60,127 nucleotides of DNA from a virus (lineage: Duplodnaviria; Caudoviricetes): positions 1-60,127 of the IMG/VR virus record IMGVR_UViG_3300027589_000004; one strand, given 5' to 3'. Shown in pieces: positions 1 to 8,917 of this stretch. The position numbers were made by a program, and so were the translations under genes. Position 1 is the first letter of the stretch. Every line of letters starts with the position of its first letter. The notes beneath the pieces were generated by a model, which saw only the letters and a program-made list of their open reading frames with translations, was not told where the DNA came from and made no database searches.

Positions 1-4
1 ACAT

Positions 5-655
5 ATGGAAGCGCCTACTTATACTACTAAAGACTACAAACGAATTACTCAGTTCGATATGAAAGAGTGCGAGTCTCTTGGTCTAATCAAGTACGACTTC
101 CTAGTTATCAAAACTTTAGATGTACTTCAGTTAGCTGTGCAACTAATTAAGAGTCGCCATAAAATCTCATATGACATTTACGATATCCCCGATCATGATC
201 CTAAAGCATACAGGCTCTTTGCTAGGGGCCTAGTAACAGGTGTGTTTCAGTTTGAGACTTCTAAGCTTATTCAAGAAGCTGCAGTTACAGGAAGACCAGA
301 AAGTATTTCAGATCTTTCCGACATCTCGTCATTGGTTCGTCCTGGCCCTATGAGCGCTGGATTCTTGACTCGTTACCTCGAACGCACTCAAGACCCTAAC
401 ATTCCTAAGGTGATTTCGGACAAGTGGTCTGACACTCGCAATGTATTGGTTTACCAAGAGCAATTGATTAAGCTGTTTACTGAAGTAGCAGGCTTGTCTT
501 TACAAGAAGCTGACTCTGCAAGAAGGGCCGTTGGTAAGAAAGACAAGAAGTATTTGGAAAAGCTTCTCCCGGCTTTCAAGGCTGGCTGCTATAACTACGG
601 TCTGGGAGAAACGGCAGTCGAACGTTTGTGGGATGTTATCATGGGGTGCTCGGAT
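5..655 (+). CDS. dnaE: DNA polymerase III alpha subunit (DnaE-type), 5' exon; gene begins upstream of the window
   Basis: Motifs TQFDM, GLIKYDFL, GVFQFE, SLVRPGP, VYQEQ and ADSARRAVGKK match family C polymerase palm/fingers. The frame breaks just before the conserved YxFNKSH motif. Confidence 0.95.
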
Positions 656-1004
656 TGAAAATCGTCATATCACAATTCAATATGCCTTTAGGAGGTATAT
701 CGTGGCTTACACATTCAAGGTAACTTGAATGTAAGCGTAACAAGTTCGACGAAATACAGTCCCTTCAGCGAGGAATCGCTGTTGCAAAACTCTGAATATG
801 CTGGAAAGTCCTTAGAGCCCTGCTTAGTAGACATCCCTAGAAATAGAGATGTCATCTGAGAATAGCAGGGATTGGGCAATCAGCAGGGATAGCTCTAAGT
901 CCATTAGGATATGAGAAGCCCCCAACGACTACCAAGGAGCACCCTGAACGGGTGATGGTATAGTCTACTCCCTTAGAAATATGGCGAAAGCCAGGGTATA
1001 AAGG
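656..1004 (+). ncRNA. Group I self-splicing intron in dnaE (349 nt, no intact endonuclease ORF)
   Basis: P element ATGCTGGAAA (798-807), Q AATCAGCAGG (878-887), R CAACGACTAC (923-932), S GATGGTATAGTCT (954-966; P7 = GACTA/TAGTC). The 5' exon ends in U655, which pairs U.G with the internal guide AGTTCGA (743-749). The intron ends in G1004. Excision gives in-frame MGCSD|YLFNKSHSVAY. Confidence 0.95.
680..728 (+). pseudogene. Probable homing-endonuclease gene remnant in the intron P1 loop: hairpin-sequestered RBS plus 8-codon ORF (702-728)
   Basis: The ATATGCCT/AGGTATAT stem (680-700) partly occludes TAGGAGG. It is followed by GTG GCT TAC ACA TTC AAG GTA ACT TGA. Confidence 0.5.
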
Positions 1005-2162
1005 TATCTTTTTAATAAGAGTCACTCTGTGGCTTACAGTTATCTCTCATACGTCTGCGCCTTTCTAAAGGCCAATTATCCAGCAGAATACTTCTGTGCT
1101 TTGCTAACTATTGGCTCGAAGATGATGCAACCTAAGATCTGGAAAGTGAAAGTAACCGAGTATCTCATTGAAGCCAGAGAGTTCGGTTTGAATATCACCC
1201 ATCCTGATATCAATAATTCAGGTCGAGATTTCACTATCTCCGCCGATGGTACTGCTATTCACTTTGGTTTTAACGGTATCAAGAACATGGGTTCTGTTAT
1301 CGAACAGATTCTTTCTGCTCGCAACAAAGGGTCCTTTACCTCTATTGAAGATTTTATGAATCGTATTAACCAATCCAAGGTAAACACTAAGGTATTTACT
1401 GCTCTAGTAGACAGTGGGTGTTTTGATTCTATCTATAGTGATAGGCAAGTATTGCGCGAAGGGGTTGATGCTTTGTACGCTTACAAACCAGCTCTCCTTG
1501 ATTACCATACTCGTCTTAAGGACATGGCCGATAGAGAGAAAGAGAATACTGAAAACGAAGCTCTTATCACTCGTCGAGATGAGCTGAAGCATATCGCTAA
1601 GCTAAAGAAGGGCCGCCCCCTTACTGATGAAGAACTTGAGTTTGTAGAGTCAACTAAACTTCTCAAACGTAAGCCAGCGTTAGCACCTAAGGAGAAGCCG
1701 GAATTCCCATCTCTACCGGCAACCTCTACATCTAAGAAGAGAAAGAAGTCTCTGAAAGATATTCTGGCAGAGGGACTTTCTATTGGTTGTTATCTCGATA
1801 GACATCCAGCTCGTATTCTTTGTCCTGAAGCAACTACTTTCAATGAAGTAGTTGAGGGTCAAAGATTCGTTTTTGCTGCTTCAATTATTTCAGTCAAAAC
1901 AAGAACTACCAAGAGTGGTTCTAAGATGGTTTCCCTTGTGCTCGAAGACGGTGCCGCAAGCGCTGATGGCGTAATGTTCTCTGACGCTTGCAATCGCTTT
2001 GTCAAAAGATACGGCCACTTGAACATTCTAGCCGGTATGATTGTGCGTTTCTCAGGTGTCGTGAAACTGAACGACCGCCAAGAAGCTAGTGACGACGAAG
2101 AAGAAGATAGCTCTGCTATCGAGATATTGATTAAAGATCTAGAGATCTTGTCAGGAGAATAA
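1005..2162 (+). CDS. dnaE: DnaE-type polymerase, 3' exon (HhH and OB-fold regions)
   Basis: YLFNKSHSVAY...LKANYPAEY, PDINNS, FGFNGIKNMG (HhH), and a C-terminal OB fold (IISVKTRTTKSGSKM...LED). Confidence 0.95.
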   Translation, partial: YLFNKSHSVAYSYLSYVCAFLKANYPAEYFCALLTIGSKMMQPKIWKVKVTEYLIEAREFGLNITHPDINNSGRDFTISADGTAIHFGFNGIKNMGSVIEQILSARNKGSFTSIEDFMNRINQSKVNTKVFTALVDSGCFDSIYSDRQVLREGVDALYAYKPALLDYHTRLKDMADREKENTENEALITRRDELKHIAKLKKGRPLTDEELEFVESTKLLKRKPALAPKEKPEFPSLPATSTSKKRKKSLKDILAEGLSIGCYLDRHPARILCPEATTFNEVVEGQRFVFAASIISVKTRTTKSGSKMVSLVLEDGAASADGVMFSDACNRFVKRYGHLNILAGMIVRFSGVVKLNDRQEASDDEEEDSSAIEILIKDLEILSGE

Positions 2163-2163
2163 A

Positions 2164-3465
2164 ATGAGCCGTGTCATCAATGGTATCCCTTGGACTAACG
2201 AAGAAGTTCTTCTTATGAGCAACTTGATTAACTTTATTTTTGCTTGCATGACAGCAAAGGGTGGAGGCAAGATCGTTACACCGTCTTCTCTTTCTCCGCA
2301 GCAGCTTGGTCAGGTCTTTGGCAAGGCCTACGATTTATTCTCGACTGTGCATGAGCGTAGCTGGAAAGCATTTCGTAGATCTATTGATCGTCACTACTTG
2401 TACAAGACAGGTTGGGATCCCAAGCCGATCCTTACTGTACCTGTCCATGCTCTTTCTGCAGAGTTTAATTCGGTAGAGATGCTTCTGCTAACTGGCAAGG
2501 AGACTACTAAGAGTACTCCTATTGTTGCTCCTGTTCCTGCGAAGCCTACCAGGATTACGGACGTCGCAAGAAAGATTCAAGTCAGTGCTCCTGTTAAGAA
2601 CGTTTGGGAAAAGATTGCTGACATCCAGGAGCCTTACAAGGTTCCGTTCAAGACAGTAAATGACACTACTAACTTGATGCCAGTCAAGAAGATCCTGACT
2701 CTTTCTGATATTCATATGCCGTTTGCTAGACTTGATCTACTAAAGCAGGCCGTTGAAGATAATTTGGATGCCAACGTGGTGGTACTTAACGGCGATATCA
2801 TCGAAGCTTATGCTTTTTCTTCTTACTCTAAGAGCAAGAGTGTTCAAGCTATTGATGAGTATAAGATTGCTTTTGAGTTTGTTAAGTATTTGTCTGAGAC
2901 TTTTGAGCAGGTGTACCTTGTCGATGGCAACCACGAAGGTAGAGTGGGCCGCGCCTTGCGTCGCACTGACCTTCCTAAGGAGACTCACAAGTTCTATGGC
3001 ACTTCTCTCATGGCTCGTATCGCTAACGGCGAGATGCTAAAGAGCGACGGTACCTTGGATTACCAGGTGAGATTCAAGAACGTGTTCTATGATCCTTCTT
3101 CTTCTTGGTATGTTAAGATTGGCAAGACTATCTTTGCTCACCCCCACGCTCGTTCTACTGGCCAGGTTGGTAGCACTGTCAAGCGTACTGGAGATTACTT
3201 CTCTAGTATGTATGGAGTTGATGACCTAGACTGTGTAGTTATTGGCCACACTCACAAGCAGTCCAAGATGTCTCTTGCGCATCTGCTCTTGATTGAGCAA
3301 GGCGCCTTCTCTGCTCCTGCTAATTATGCTCACGGGCCTGATCTAACTTATTTTGGTGGCACTCAGAATGGCTACGCCATTGTCTGGCAAGATGCCAATG
3401 GTAACTGTATTCGTAACATGACTGATTTCTATACGTTTGGGACCGCTATCCCAGACAAGAAGTAA
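2164..3465 (+). CDS. Calcineurin-like metallophosphoesterase with an N-terminal extension of about 175 aa
   Basis: SDIH, NGDIIE, GNHE, AHPH and GHTH motifs in canonical order. Confidence 0.85.
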   Translation: MSRVINGIPWTNEEVLLMSNLINFIFACMTAKGGGKIVTPSSLSPQQLGQVFGKAYDLFSTVHERSWKAFRRSIDRHYLYKTGWDPKPILTVPVHALSAEFNSVEMLLLTGKETTKSTPIVAPVPAKPTRITDVARKIQVSAPVKNVWEKIADIQEPYKVPFKTVNDTTNLMPVKKILTLSDIHMPFARLDLLKQAVEDNLDANVVVLNGDIIEAYAFSSYSKSKSVQAIDEYKIAFEFVKYLSETFEQVYLVDGNHEGRVGRALRRTDLPKETHKFYGTSLMARIANGEMLKSDGTLDYQVRFKNVFYDPSSSWYVKIGKTIFAHPHARSTGQVGSTVKRTGDYFSSMYGVDDLDCVVIGHTHKQSKMSLAHLLLIEQGAFSAPANYAHGPDLTYFGGTQNGYAIVWQDANGNCIRNMTDFYTFGTAIPDKK

Positions 3466-3484
3466 TTGCCCTTAGGAGAGAAAA

Positions 3485-3739
3485 ATGGAAACCACACTAG
3501 AAGAGAAGCTTATTCAGGTACTCCAAACATTCGATACTCGACAGACAGCAACTCTTAAAGAGCTGATGCAGCTGGGTATCATGGTTGAGTTCCTTACTAT
3601 GAAGATGTTCGAACGTTTTACTGACGAAGAGAGGGCCGCGCTTGAGAACGAGTTCCAAGAGTTTACCAAAGAACGTTACTCTGAGATTCGAACTGAGTGG
3701 CAAACTTTGAAAGAACAAGCTGTAAAGATTACAGATTGA
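3485..3739 (+). CDS. Hypothetical protein (helical)
   Basis: ORF with AGGAG RBS, in operon. Confidence 0.7.
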   Translation: METTLEEKLIQVLQTFDTRQTATLKELMQLGIMVEFLTMKMFERFTDEERAALENEFQEFTKERYSEIRTEWQTLKEQAVKITD

Positions 3740-3755
3740 TTTACCTGAGGTACCT

Positions 3756-4817
3756 ATGACTAAGGCTTTTTCACTACTAGAACATATTCTTATTGCTTTG
3801 AGAAGGCCACGCGTAGGTGACCCCAAGGAGCCAACGCAATGGCCCTCTGAAGGTTCTTGCACTTACGAAGATGAGCATGGCCTTCAAGTGGCCGGCTCAT
3901 GCCGCAGGCGCTCCTTCTTCCGCTTGTTGGTTGAAGAGTACACATTCGACCCCTCTGGAGTCCCAGAGAACTTGCATGAAGTTGTTGAGATCTTGGAGAA
4001 CAACAAGAAGCCAACAGAAGACTACATGCGATTCATCTGGGCCCAGGGGGAGTTGTATGAGCAATACATCATCGACATGGCTAAGCAGACCGGCGTATTC
4101 CTTTACACTCAGGTTCCTATTTACATTCCTGGCTACACAGTTAGCGGTAAGCTAGATCTTATCTTTGTGGACCCAGAGACAGGTAAACTTCATATTGCAG
4201 AAGCGAAGTCTGTATATGGGGAAGGGGGTACCAAGGTAATGGGTACTCCAGCTATGCGTAGGGAGGGCTATCTTGGTACTCCAAAAGATAGCAACTTGAT
4301 TCAAGCAGGTATCTATGAATGGTGGTGGGCTTCTAAGAATGAAGCCTATGGTCACACTCGGTTGATTTATGGAGACCGTGGCACTGGCATGTACGCTGAG
4401 TTCGAAGTAGCTTGTCGTCCAGGCGTAGACGCCGATGGCAATCCGGTTACTGAGATTTGGTATCTTCCTATGTGCCGTAAAGGTGAATGGACTAAGAGCC
4501 CGTTCACTATTGATTCCATCCTAGCGGCCTATAGAAGTAATCGACTACATATTCAGAATGGCACAGTTCCAGATAGGGACTTCGATGAAGTCTATTCTAA
4601 AGAGAAGCTTGCTTTGTATTACAACACTGGAAGACTTACTCGAAAGGCCGATAGGGAGCAATGGGAGGCGCACGTCCAACGTGAAGAGCTAAATGCTCAG
4701 CTCGAAGCTGAGGGCAAGAAGCCTAAAGTGCCCATTAAGATTCCTGAAGTCGGTGACTTCCATTGTAGGTATTGTGACTTTTCAAAAGCTTGCCCTCTTG
4801 TAGGTAAGAGGTCTTAG
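3756..4817 (+). CDS. Cas4/AddB-like PD-(D/E)XK exonuclease with Fe-S cysteines
   Basis: N-terminal SCRRR, GKLDL...IAEAKS, QAGIY and C-terminal CRYCDFSKAC. Confidence 0.8.
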   Translation: MTKAFSLLEHILIALRRPRVGDPKEPTQWPSEGSCTYEDEHGLQVAGSCRRRSFFRLLVEEYTFDPSGVPENLHEVVEILENNKKPTEDYMRFIWAQGELYEQYIIDMAKQTGVFLYTQVPIYIPGYTVSGKLDLIFVDPETGKLHIAEAKSVYGEGGTKVMGTPAMRREGYLGTPKDSNLIQAGIYEWWWASKNEAYGHTRLIYGDRGTGMYAEFEVACRPGVDADGNPVTEIWYLPMCRKGEWTKSPFTIDSILAAYRSNRLHIQNGTVPDRDFDEVYSKEKLALYYNTGRLTRKADREQWEAHVQREELNAQLEAEGKKPKVPIKIPEVGDFHCRYCDFSKACPLVGKRS

Positions 4818-4831
4818 GCTCAGGAGATAGA

Positions 4832-5113
4832 TTGGATACGTTCTTCTTTCTACAGGTAGATCTTCTAAACGATCCAGGAACTTTTGAAGAGTTCTTGGTC
4901 TGTGGTTTGTATGTTGAGCGGCTCCACGCTCTATCAGCGGCTATTGCGATTCGAGAAATGGTAATGGCTTCACCTGTACGTAAACAAAACGATGAGGTTC
5001 ATATTCATCTGTTAGAAATCCTTTTCCATTCAGATGGCTCTCGTACAGAGATTACGAGAGAACTAATTGAAATCATTCATAGGGAAGTTAATGCGTCCTG
5101 CCAATCTGTCTGA
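4832..5113 (+). CDS. Hypothetical protein
   Basis: AGGAG RBS with TTG start; fills the gap in the operon. Confidence 0.55.
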   Translation: MDTFFFLQVDLLNDPGTFEEFLVCGLYVERLHALSAAIAIREMVMASPVRKQNDEVHIHLLEILFHSDGSRTEITRELIEIIHREVNASCQSV

Positions 5114-7583
5114 CTTAGTATCTAACCTTCGTCCTAAGCTAGCAGACTACCTTTCGGGAGTTCTCCAGAAAGATATCTCTGCCAATCCTCGTAAGGGCTT
5201 TAGTTGCTTTGTTCATGATGACAAATCACCTTCTATGTTTTTGGATCCCAAAAGAAACTTTGAGTATGCTCACTGCTTTTCTTGTGGAGCCGACCTAGAT
5301 ATCTTTGATGCGTATGCCCGCATCAATGGTTATGAAGTAACTGGTCCTGATTTTATGAGCGCTATTCTACCTGGCCTTACAAGTATGTATGGGCTTCCGT
5401 TGACGTTTACCAATGTCACCGAGGCCGATAGGGAGAAGGAGCGCCTATATCGTCTCATGTCGTCTCTGGCGGGTATTGTTGCTAAGCATCCTGCTAAGGA
5501 CTATCTAACTGCACGCAAGTGGTCAGACAATCATCTCATTATCGGCCAAGTATCTTTAGAAGAATGCTGGCAAGAGATGTTATCTCAAGGCTACAGCGAA
5601 GAAGAGTTGGCTCGTTCAAGTCTGCTTCGCCATGGTTCTGCACAGTTCGTTGGTGACAACCTTGTTTCCTTTGTAATTAAGGATGAGAGGGGTCGCCCTG
5701 TCGGCTTTGTTAGTAGGTCACTTGCTACTTCTGGTCCCAAGTATTTGAACTCTGCCGAGTCTGCTATCTATCACAAGAAAGAAGTTCTTGTTGGTTTGGA
5801 CGTAGCTCTTCGTCAAGGTCAAGCCAAGACTAATGGTTTGTTCCTTGTAGAGGGTCCAGGTGATCTTGCAGCTTTGCATCGTATTGGGATTTTGAATGCC
5901 GCCGCCGTCTGCGGCACAGCATTCGGAGCTCAACACCTTGCATTGCTCAAGTCACTTGGCATTAAGCAAGTATTCTTCTGTTTTGATTGGGATGACGCAG
6001 GCATCTCTGCTATTCAAAAGATTCTATTCAATGAGATCAAGTTTGCTCCCGGCGTCTCTTGCTACGTCGTCTCTGCTCCTTCTGGTTCCGTCAAGGACCC
6101 TTCTGAATACTGCTCGGCTTTTGTCGAGGGCGACTCGGCCCCGTTCCTCTCTCTGGATCGTATCCCCGCCTTTGAGTGGGTTCTGGGGCGTATCTCAGAC
6201 AAGGCTACTCCTGAGCAGGTTTGTGAGACTATGGTCCCGCTTATTGCTTCAGAAGCATTGGCCGTTAGAAGGGAAGTACTGGCATCTAAGCTATCAGAGT
6301 TTACTGGTCTTTCTATTACTTCTATTCAGCAAGATATCGCAGCTATTAGAGATGGCAAGGAGCAAGAGCGTCGCTCTCGTCTAGAAGGCGCCGCCCAAAA
6401 ATATATCAAGAACGTACTTAATGACCCAACCAACATCTCTGCATCTTTAGCATCACATGAGATTGATGTAGAGAATATCAATAAAGACTACGATCGTTCT
6501 TCTACGGGCGTGTCTTACCAAGTATCAAGATTCGAAGCCATTGAGGAACAGAAAGCCACTGTCAACGAAGACAACATGACTGAGTTCGTGTTTGGATTCT
6601 ACTTAGACTTTGGTGCCGCTATCTCTGGTGGTATGAACGCTTGTGATGGTAACTTGATGTATGTTGGTGGTCGCGCCAACTCAGGTAAGACTGCTACGGT
6701 AGTCGCTCTTGGCGTTGACGTTGCACTTCATGACCCTAATGCATCTGTCATTTTCCACTTCACAGATGACAGCTACGTTCAGGTAGCACCACGTATGCTG
6801 TGTAATATCGCTGCTATGATTAAGGGTCCTAAAGAACCAGTTCTCAAGATTCATCAAGCAGCCAACCCCTATAGAAACATCACAGATAACAAACTCTGGA
6901 ATGTTTATCATAGGGCGTCTGCTGAACTAAAGAAGGCTCTTGAAGAAGAGAGGCTTGTCATTATTGATTCTGAAGATGGCACTACTCTTGTGCCGTTGGA
7001 GAAGCAGCTGAAAAGCCTACGCTCTAGATATCCCACAAGAAAGATTCTTGCTGTCGTGGACAACACTCACAACTATACCAGCTATCCTGACAAGGAGAAG
7101 ACCGCTCGTATGGAAGCAATTGCTACTGATCAGAAGAACCTAACTACCAAGTATCATTGTGCTATGCTTGCTACTGTTGAGTATCGTAAGAGTGGTATTC
7201 TTAACCCCTCTAAGATGAACTTCCCAGATAATGATGACATCGCAGATGCTCGCGCTATGATCTATCGGCCCAATATCATCATGCATATCTATCAAGATCT
7301 ACATGACAGAGGTAGTAATGCTGAAGTGTTCTGGATCGATTCCGATGGAGTTAAGAGGCCTCGACTCTTGATGCTGTTCGGTAAGAACAAGATTACTTCG
7401 TTCAAATCTCCAGCTAACAAACTGGTATTCGATCTCGATCCTTCTAACGTAACCGTATTCCCTAAGAATACAGAAGAAGCTCGTGAGCAAGCTGCACGCT
7501 ATCTTGAAGATGTAGAAGAGAATGTTGAATTGGATGAAGAGGGTGACACTATCCTAAGCTGGAGAACTCCTAATGAACGATAA
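5091..7583 (+). CDS. Fused DnaG primase / DnaB-like helicase
   Basis: CHC2 zinc finger (CFVHDD...CFSC), PKYLNS, TOPRIM (VEGPGD, DWDDAG), Walker A GGRANSGKT and C-terminal KNK. ATG 5091 follows AGGGAAG. Confidence 0.9.
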   Translation: MRPANLSDLVSNLRPKLADYLSGVLQKDISANPRKGFSCFVHDDKSPSMFLDPKRNFEYAHCFSCGADLDIFDAYARINGYEVTGPDFMSAILPGLTSMYGLPLTFTNVTEADREKERLYRLMSSLAGIVAKHPAKDYLTARKWSDNHLIIGQVSLEECWQEMLSQGYSEEELARSSLLRHGSAQFVGDNLVSFVIKDERGRPVGFVSRSLATSGPKYLNSAESAIYHKKEVLVGLDVALRQGQAKTNGLFLVEGPGDLAALHRIGILNAAAVCGTAFGAQHLALLKSLGIKQVFFCFDWDDAGISAIQKILFNEIKFAPGVSCYVVSAPSGSVKDPSEYCSAFVEGDSAPFLSLDRIPAFEWVLGRISDKATPEQVCETMVPLIASEALAVRREVLASKLSEFTGLSITSIQQDIAAIRDGKEQERRSRLEGAAQKYIKNVLNDPTNISASLASHEIDVENINKDYDRSSTGVSYQVSRFEAIEEQKATVNEDNMTEFVFGFYLDFGAAISGGMNACDGNLMYVGGRANSGKTATVVALGVDVALHDPNASVIFHFTDDSYVQVAPRMLCNIAAMIKGPKEPVLKIHQAANPYRNITDNKLWNVYHRASAELKKALEEERLVIIDSEDGTTLVPLEKQLKSLRSRYPTRKILAVVDNTHNYTSYPDKEKTARMEAIATDQKNLTTKYHCAMLATVEYRKSGILNPSKMNFPDNDDIADARAMIYRPNIIMHIYQDLHDRGSNAEVFWIDSDGVKRPRLLMLFGKNKITSFKSPANKLVFDLDPSNVTVFPKNTEEAREQAARYLEDVEENVELDEEGDTILSWRTPNER

Positions 7584-8442
7584 GTTTTTTCAGATTGGCA
7601 AGGGCCATGTGGCCTATTATGACCACATGGGTGACGATATCTCTATTGCTCAAGCAGCTCGAGCGTCTTACAAGAAGGGTACCAAATCCGTAAGTGATGA
7701 TGCTGCCTTGATTCGTACCCTATATAGGAATGAGCATTTTTCTCCTTTCTCTATGTGCCAACTAAAGCTTCATTTCAAGTTACCCATGTTTGTGTTTAAT
7801 CAATTTGTTAGGCATGACAGGCTTCATTGGAACGTTGAGAGTGGACGCTACTCTGAGATGTCAGACGACTTTTGGGTTCCAGATGATACTGAAGGGCTAC
7901 GCGGTCAAGGTAACGGCTTGAACAAGCAAGCTGGAACCGGGGCCCTTGAAGAGGGCACGGCACAGGAGATTGAGGCGCAACTTATTGCACACGAGCAGCT
8001 AACTCGTACTACCTATCACTATTTGCTTCAGCTTGGTCTTTGTAGAGAGCAAGCTCGTTCTATCATTTCAGTGGGCCAGTACATTGAATGCTTTGCTACT
8101 GCCAACCTAGGCGATTGGTTGCTTCTGCTTTCGAAGCGTCTAGACAGCAATGCTCAACGTGAGAATACTATCTATGCCGAAGCTATCTTCTCTATTATCA
8201 AAGAGTTGTTCCCGATTACTGCTCAAGCGTTCATTGATTACAACTTGGAATCTGTGACCTTCACAAGACTAGAGATGGAGATGCTTCGTCGTATCAACTT
8301 CTCTTTCGGAGAGGACTACAAAGCTCCTCTCCGTAAAGTCCTTCAAACTCACTTTGATGAAGTTGGTATCACATCCAAACGTGAACGTGTTGAGTTTCTC
8401 CAAAAGATTGGTCTATTCGAAGAGGTAACTAATGCTAACTGA
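7573..8442 (+). CDS. thyX: Flavin-dependent thymidylate synthase ThyX
   Basis: AARASY, HFSPF, RHDRLHWNVESGRY, REQARS and KRLDSNAQRE. Confidence 0.9.
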   Translation: MNDKFFQIGKGHVAYYDHMGDDISIAQAARASYKKGTKSVSDDAALIRTLYRNEHFSPFSMCQLKLHFKLPMFVFNQFVRHDRLHWNVESGRYSEMSDDFWVPDDTEGLRGQGNGLNKQAGTGALEEGTAQEIEAQLIAHEQLTRTTYHYLLQLGLCREQARSIISVGQYIECFATANLGDWLLLLSKRLDSNAQRENTIYAEAIFSIIKELFPITAQAFIDYNLESVTFTRLEMEMLRRINFSFGEDYKAPLRKVLQTHFDEVGITSKRERVEFLQKIGLFEEVTNAN

Positions 8443-8731
8443 TAAACAGAAACAAGATTCTACTGGCATCTACATTTATGACACCAAGACTTTCTACTTT
8501 CTCATTAGCGGCCCACTGCCTAATGATGTGAATAAGCTTCACAACATTCTGTCTGGACGTGGACTAATTAAGGTGAACCGAGAGGGAAAGACTACAGACT
8601 ATAAGCTGATGTCTCATAAAGATGCTGACGAAGCTGGCTACTCTGTTGAGTATTATTTTGTCTCTCCGATTGTAAAGCTTGCCTGGGATAAGGCGCAAAC
8701 CACTGCTCCGTCAAGCAAGCTTTGGGGGTAA
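8432..8731 (+). CDS. Hypothetical protein
   Basis: GAGGT RBS; overlaps the thyX stop. Confidence 0.65.
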   Translation: MLTDKQKQDSTGIYIYDTKTFYFLISGPLPNDVNKLHNILSGRGLIKVNREGKTTDYKLMSHKDADEAGYSVEYYFVSPIVKLAWDKAQTTAPSSKLWG

Positions 8732-8734
8732 GCT

Positions 8735-8917
8735 ATGAAGAAGCTTCGTGACTTTGTTTGCAAAAATCCCAGCTGTGCAGATGCTACTGTCGTAGTAGAG
8801 AGATTCGCCGATGATAAGGTAGCTCCTCTTTGCAAGGCGTGCACCAAGCCTATGCTACTCGTTCCTTCTTTCCCTATTGTGCCTACGCACGTCTCTTGGT
8901 CCAAGTGGCGAATCTAG
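8735..8917 (+). CDS. Small zinc-ribbon protein (FmdB-like)
   Basis: DFVCKNPSC...CKACTKPM pattern. Confidence 0.6.
   Translation: MKKLRDFVCKNPSCADATVVVERFADDKVAPLCKACTKPMLLVPSFPIVPTHVSWSKWRI

Noticed and set aside
531-728. 65-aa ORF spanning the dnaE exon/intron boundary
   Set aside because: It is an alternative frame over dnaE with no RBS. Only its last 8 codons, behind the intron RBS, look meaningful.
5-2162. dnaE as a naturally split gene, pseudogene or intein-split gene
   Set aside because: The gap has full group I intron hallmarks and splices in frame; no intein Cys/His-Asn ends are present.
3756-4817. CRISPR-Cas locus suggested by the Cas4-like gene
   Set aside because: No repeat-spacer array or other cas genes were seen; solo Cas4-like nucleases are common in phage replication modules.
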